A stretch of 64,000 bases of DNA from a virus. Its lineage: Duplodnaviria; Caudoviricetes. Position numbers and translations under genes: made by a program. The stretch is taken from the IMG/VR virus record IMGVR_UViG_3300028832_000118, positions 25,581 through 89,580 of that record. One strand, given 5' to 3'. The notes beneath the pieces were generated by a model. That model was not told where the DNA came from and searched no databases. It saw only the letters and a list, made by a program, of their open reading frames with translations. Below, piece after piece: positions 63,977 through 64,000 of the stretch. Every line of letters begins with the position of its first letter. Position 1 is the stretch's first letter.

Positions 63977-63988
63977 AATAACTGTAAA
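63977..63988 (-). promoter_or_regulatory. Phage promoter motif copy (TTTACAGTTATT)
   Basis: 29 bp upstream of the ATG at 63948. Confidence 0.55.
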
Positions 63989-64000
63989 AACATTCACATT

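Noticed and set aside
1-64000. Integrase, transposase, reverse transcriptase/DGR or invertible-segment systems
   Set aside because: No recognisable recombinase, transposase or RT motifs, and no long inverted repeats flanking tail genes were seen.

Overview
This 64 kb window is part of a large (probably jumbo) tailed phage genome. It is AT-rich, and essentially all credible genes are on the minus strand in the standard genetic code; plus-strand ORFs look like antisense shadows. The host is inferred to be an anaerobic member of the Bacteroidota, based on TAnnTTTG -7 promoters, A-rich Shine-Dalgarno-less start contexts and a B12-dependent RNR. Modules: head and packaging (MuF-like, portal, TerL, probable TerS, neck), tail/baseplate, lysis (amidase, holin-like and spanin-like proteins), replication and recombination (DnaE, epsilon-like exonuclease, DnaB, DnaG, SF2 and two SF1 helicases, RecA, UvsY-like, SSB, SbcCD, RuvC-like, 5'-3' exonuclease, HU), nucleotide metabolism and base modification (NrdJ, dUTPase, TS/dUMP-hydroxymethylase-like, aGPT-Pplase-like, Nmad1, HD hydrolase, Dam, and a radical SAM gene cut by the left edge) and two sigma-like factors. 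The most notable observations are: (1) five ORFs share an N-terminal ...HR(R/K)...N(I/L)xK|SF-x2-7-DIEKA-type leader fused to variable cargo, including a primase-polymerase-like enzyme, which suggests a capsid-targeted cargo system; (2) a tRNA(CAT) carries a 19-nt anticodon-loop insert and lies within about 700 nt of structured non-coding sequence; (3) a dispersed thymidine hypermodification pathway; (4) a G10 tract in the Dam gene that could be phase variable; (5) a recurring phage promoter motif and recombined early-promoter cassettes. All family calls come from recognising motifs by eye. No database searches were run.
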